NCBI GenBank assembly: GCA_051294375.1
Contig: CM119267.1
Coordinates: forward strand, 19,729,546-19,793,545
Direction of reading: 5' to 3'
DNA length: 64,000 nucleotides
Origin: Paraspadella gotoi
Lineage: Eukaryota; Animalia; Chaetognatha
Shown piece by piece: positions 62,801-64,000 of the stretch. The notes beneath the pieces are model-generated. The model searched no databases. It was not told the origin of the DNA and saw only the letters and a list, made by a program, of their open reading frames with translations. The position numbers were made by a program, and so were the translations under genes. The stretch's first letter is position 1, and every line of letters starts with the position of its first letter.

Positions 62801-63652
62801 TCATTTTTCCTCGCACCATTCGTTCTCCTTGCGAACCTACGAAGAAAAAAAGTAAACATTAGAAGCCTGGAAAAAGTAGTAAAATGCTAGGGTTAATTTG
62901 ACACGTTTCCTATTCAATTATTCTATGCTACCTGCTCTTCTTCGGCCGGCGTAAAATCGTTCTTGATATTGAAGGTCTTCCTGATTTCTTCGGGGGTCTT
63001 CCCTTTGATCATGTTCGCCACCTGCAGAGCCGCGAAATCAACCGAATAAACATCGAGCAGAAATTTTCTACAATCTACAGTTGACTCACCGTTTTGCAAG
63101 TGACATCCAAAAGCCCCTTGATGTCGAGATAATTGGCGGCGAGGATGAGCTCGAAAAGAGTTCCCTGATCAACCTGAGAGACGGGAGAAAAGATATGAAG
63201 AGAAGTTCAATCGCACAACAATATAAAATAAAAAACCTACCTTGAGAAACTCGATGTCCCAGGACGGAATGTCATCAGTTCTCTTCTCCCGGTTGTCGTC
63301 GTCCTCGGGCGGGGGAGGATCGTCCTTGTGATAGGTGCACCATTGAATCACTTTCTGTTTCGGGGGGAAAGTAGAAAGGGAGGGGGAAATAATTAAATAG
63401 ACATTAAATCTTTCAGTTTTTTCTTCAAAATAAATCTTCATAAACTATGACAATCTTGTTTCGCCATTAGCCAAAAATCGAGTCAACCTTCAAGATAGCG
63501 GCGTTGACGTTGGGCAGCGGGATGGCCTCGTCATCCTCCTCGTCCATGCCGAGGTCTTCGAGCATCGTCTTGATGGTGACCGAAAGCTTGGCGATCTCCA
63601 CGTCCACCTCGAAAATCTCCCCGTCGGAGCTCTGGAGCTTGATGTTCGGCAT
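62801..63652 (-). CDS. SKP1: S-phase kinase-associated protein 1; 5 coding exons (63488-63652, 63241-63354, 63090-63173, 62932-63021, 62801-62836)
   Basis: Spliced translation [22 protein letters not shown]...AAILK|[12 protein letters not shown]...EFLK|[28 protein letters not shown]|[30 protein letters not shown]|[11 protein letters not shown] is near-identical to metazoan Skp1. All four introns are GT-AG and in phase. Confidence 0.98.
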
Positions 63653-64000
63653 CTTTCGTTTTATTTCGTGCGCGAATCGCGATTTTATTAAAACTTTTTT
63701 AGTGTCTTGGAACAAAGGGAAGATTATTCCTGTGACGAGAGATGACTGAACACCAAGATTATCGGAGGATCTGAAATGGGGAGGTCAGACAGAAGTCAGT
63801 AGGAGACGGAGAGGGAATAAGGTGAAGTTAGGTTAAATTTTTTTTTTAAGTAGGCAATTGACAATTTTTTTCATTGCTTAGCAAATTAGCACTTAATAAA
63901 AAATATTCAAGCAATTTAAATTTACGCCCATAAAGTATAATTAACTTAATTTTAAAATCAAGTTCATAAATGTAAAAATCATAAAATTGAGACCGGTCAT

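Overview
AT-rich, intron-containing animal (invertebrate) genomic DNA with one 25-N assembly gap and locally noisy sequence. Host genes: three closely spaced minus-strand genes, SKP1 (62801-63652), MED12 (31032-62057) and the first two exons of an FGGY carbohydrate kinase (30301-30801); a divergent two-exon Sox HMG-box gene nested antisense in a MED12 intron (51193-55528); and a frameshifted MS4A/CD20-like membrane-protein gene (21075-21728). The rest is mostly nested mobile DNA: Helentron-associated (DINE-1/HINE-like) repeats, MITEs, a 4.3-kb foldback and minisatellites. There are also four DIRS-like tyrosine-recombinase retrotransposon pieces: two near full length (10154-16129, 36597-41932), one internally deleted (28565-30242) and one decayed terminus (20684-20868). 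Main observation: in both near-full-length DIRS elements, which have different terminal sequences, the internal complementary region (ICR) is not at its usual 3' position. It lies inside a predicted phase-2 GT-AG intron that splits gag. Splicing would give an ICR-less Gag mRNA, while the unspliced RNA keeps the ICR but stops gag at the donor. This suggests a splice-controlled switch between mRNA and replication template; it is inferred from sequence only.
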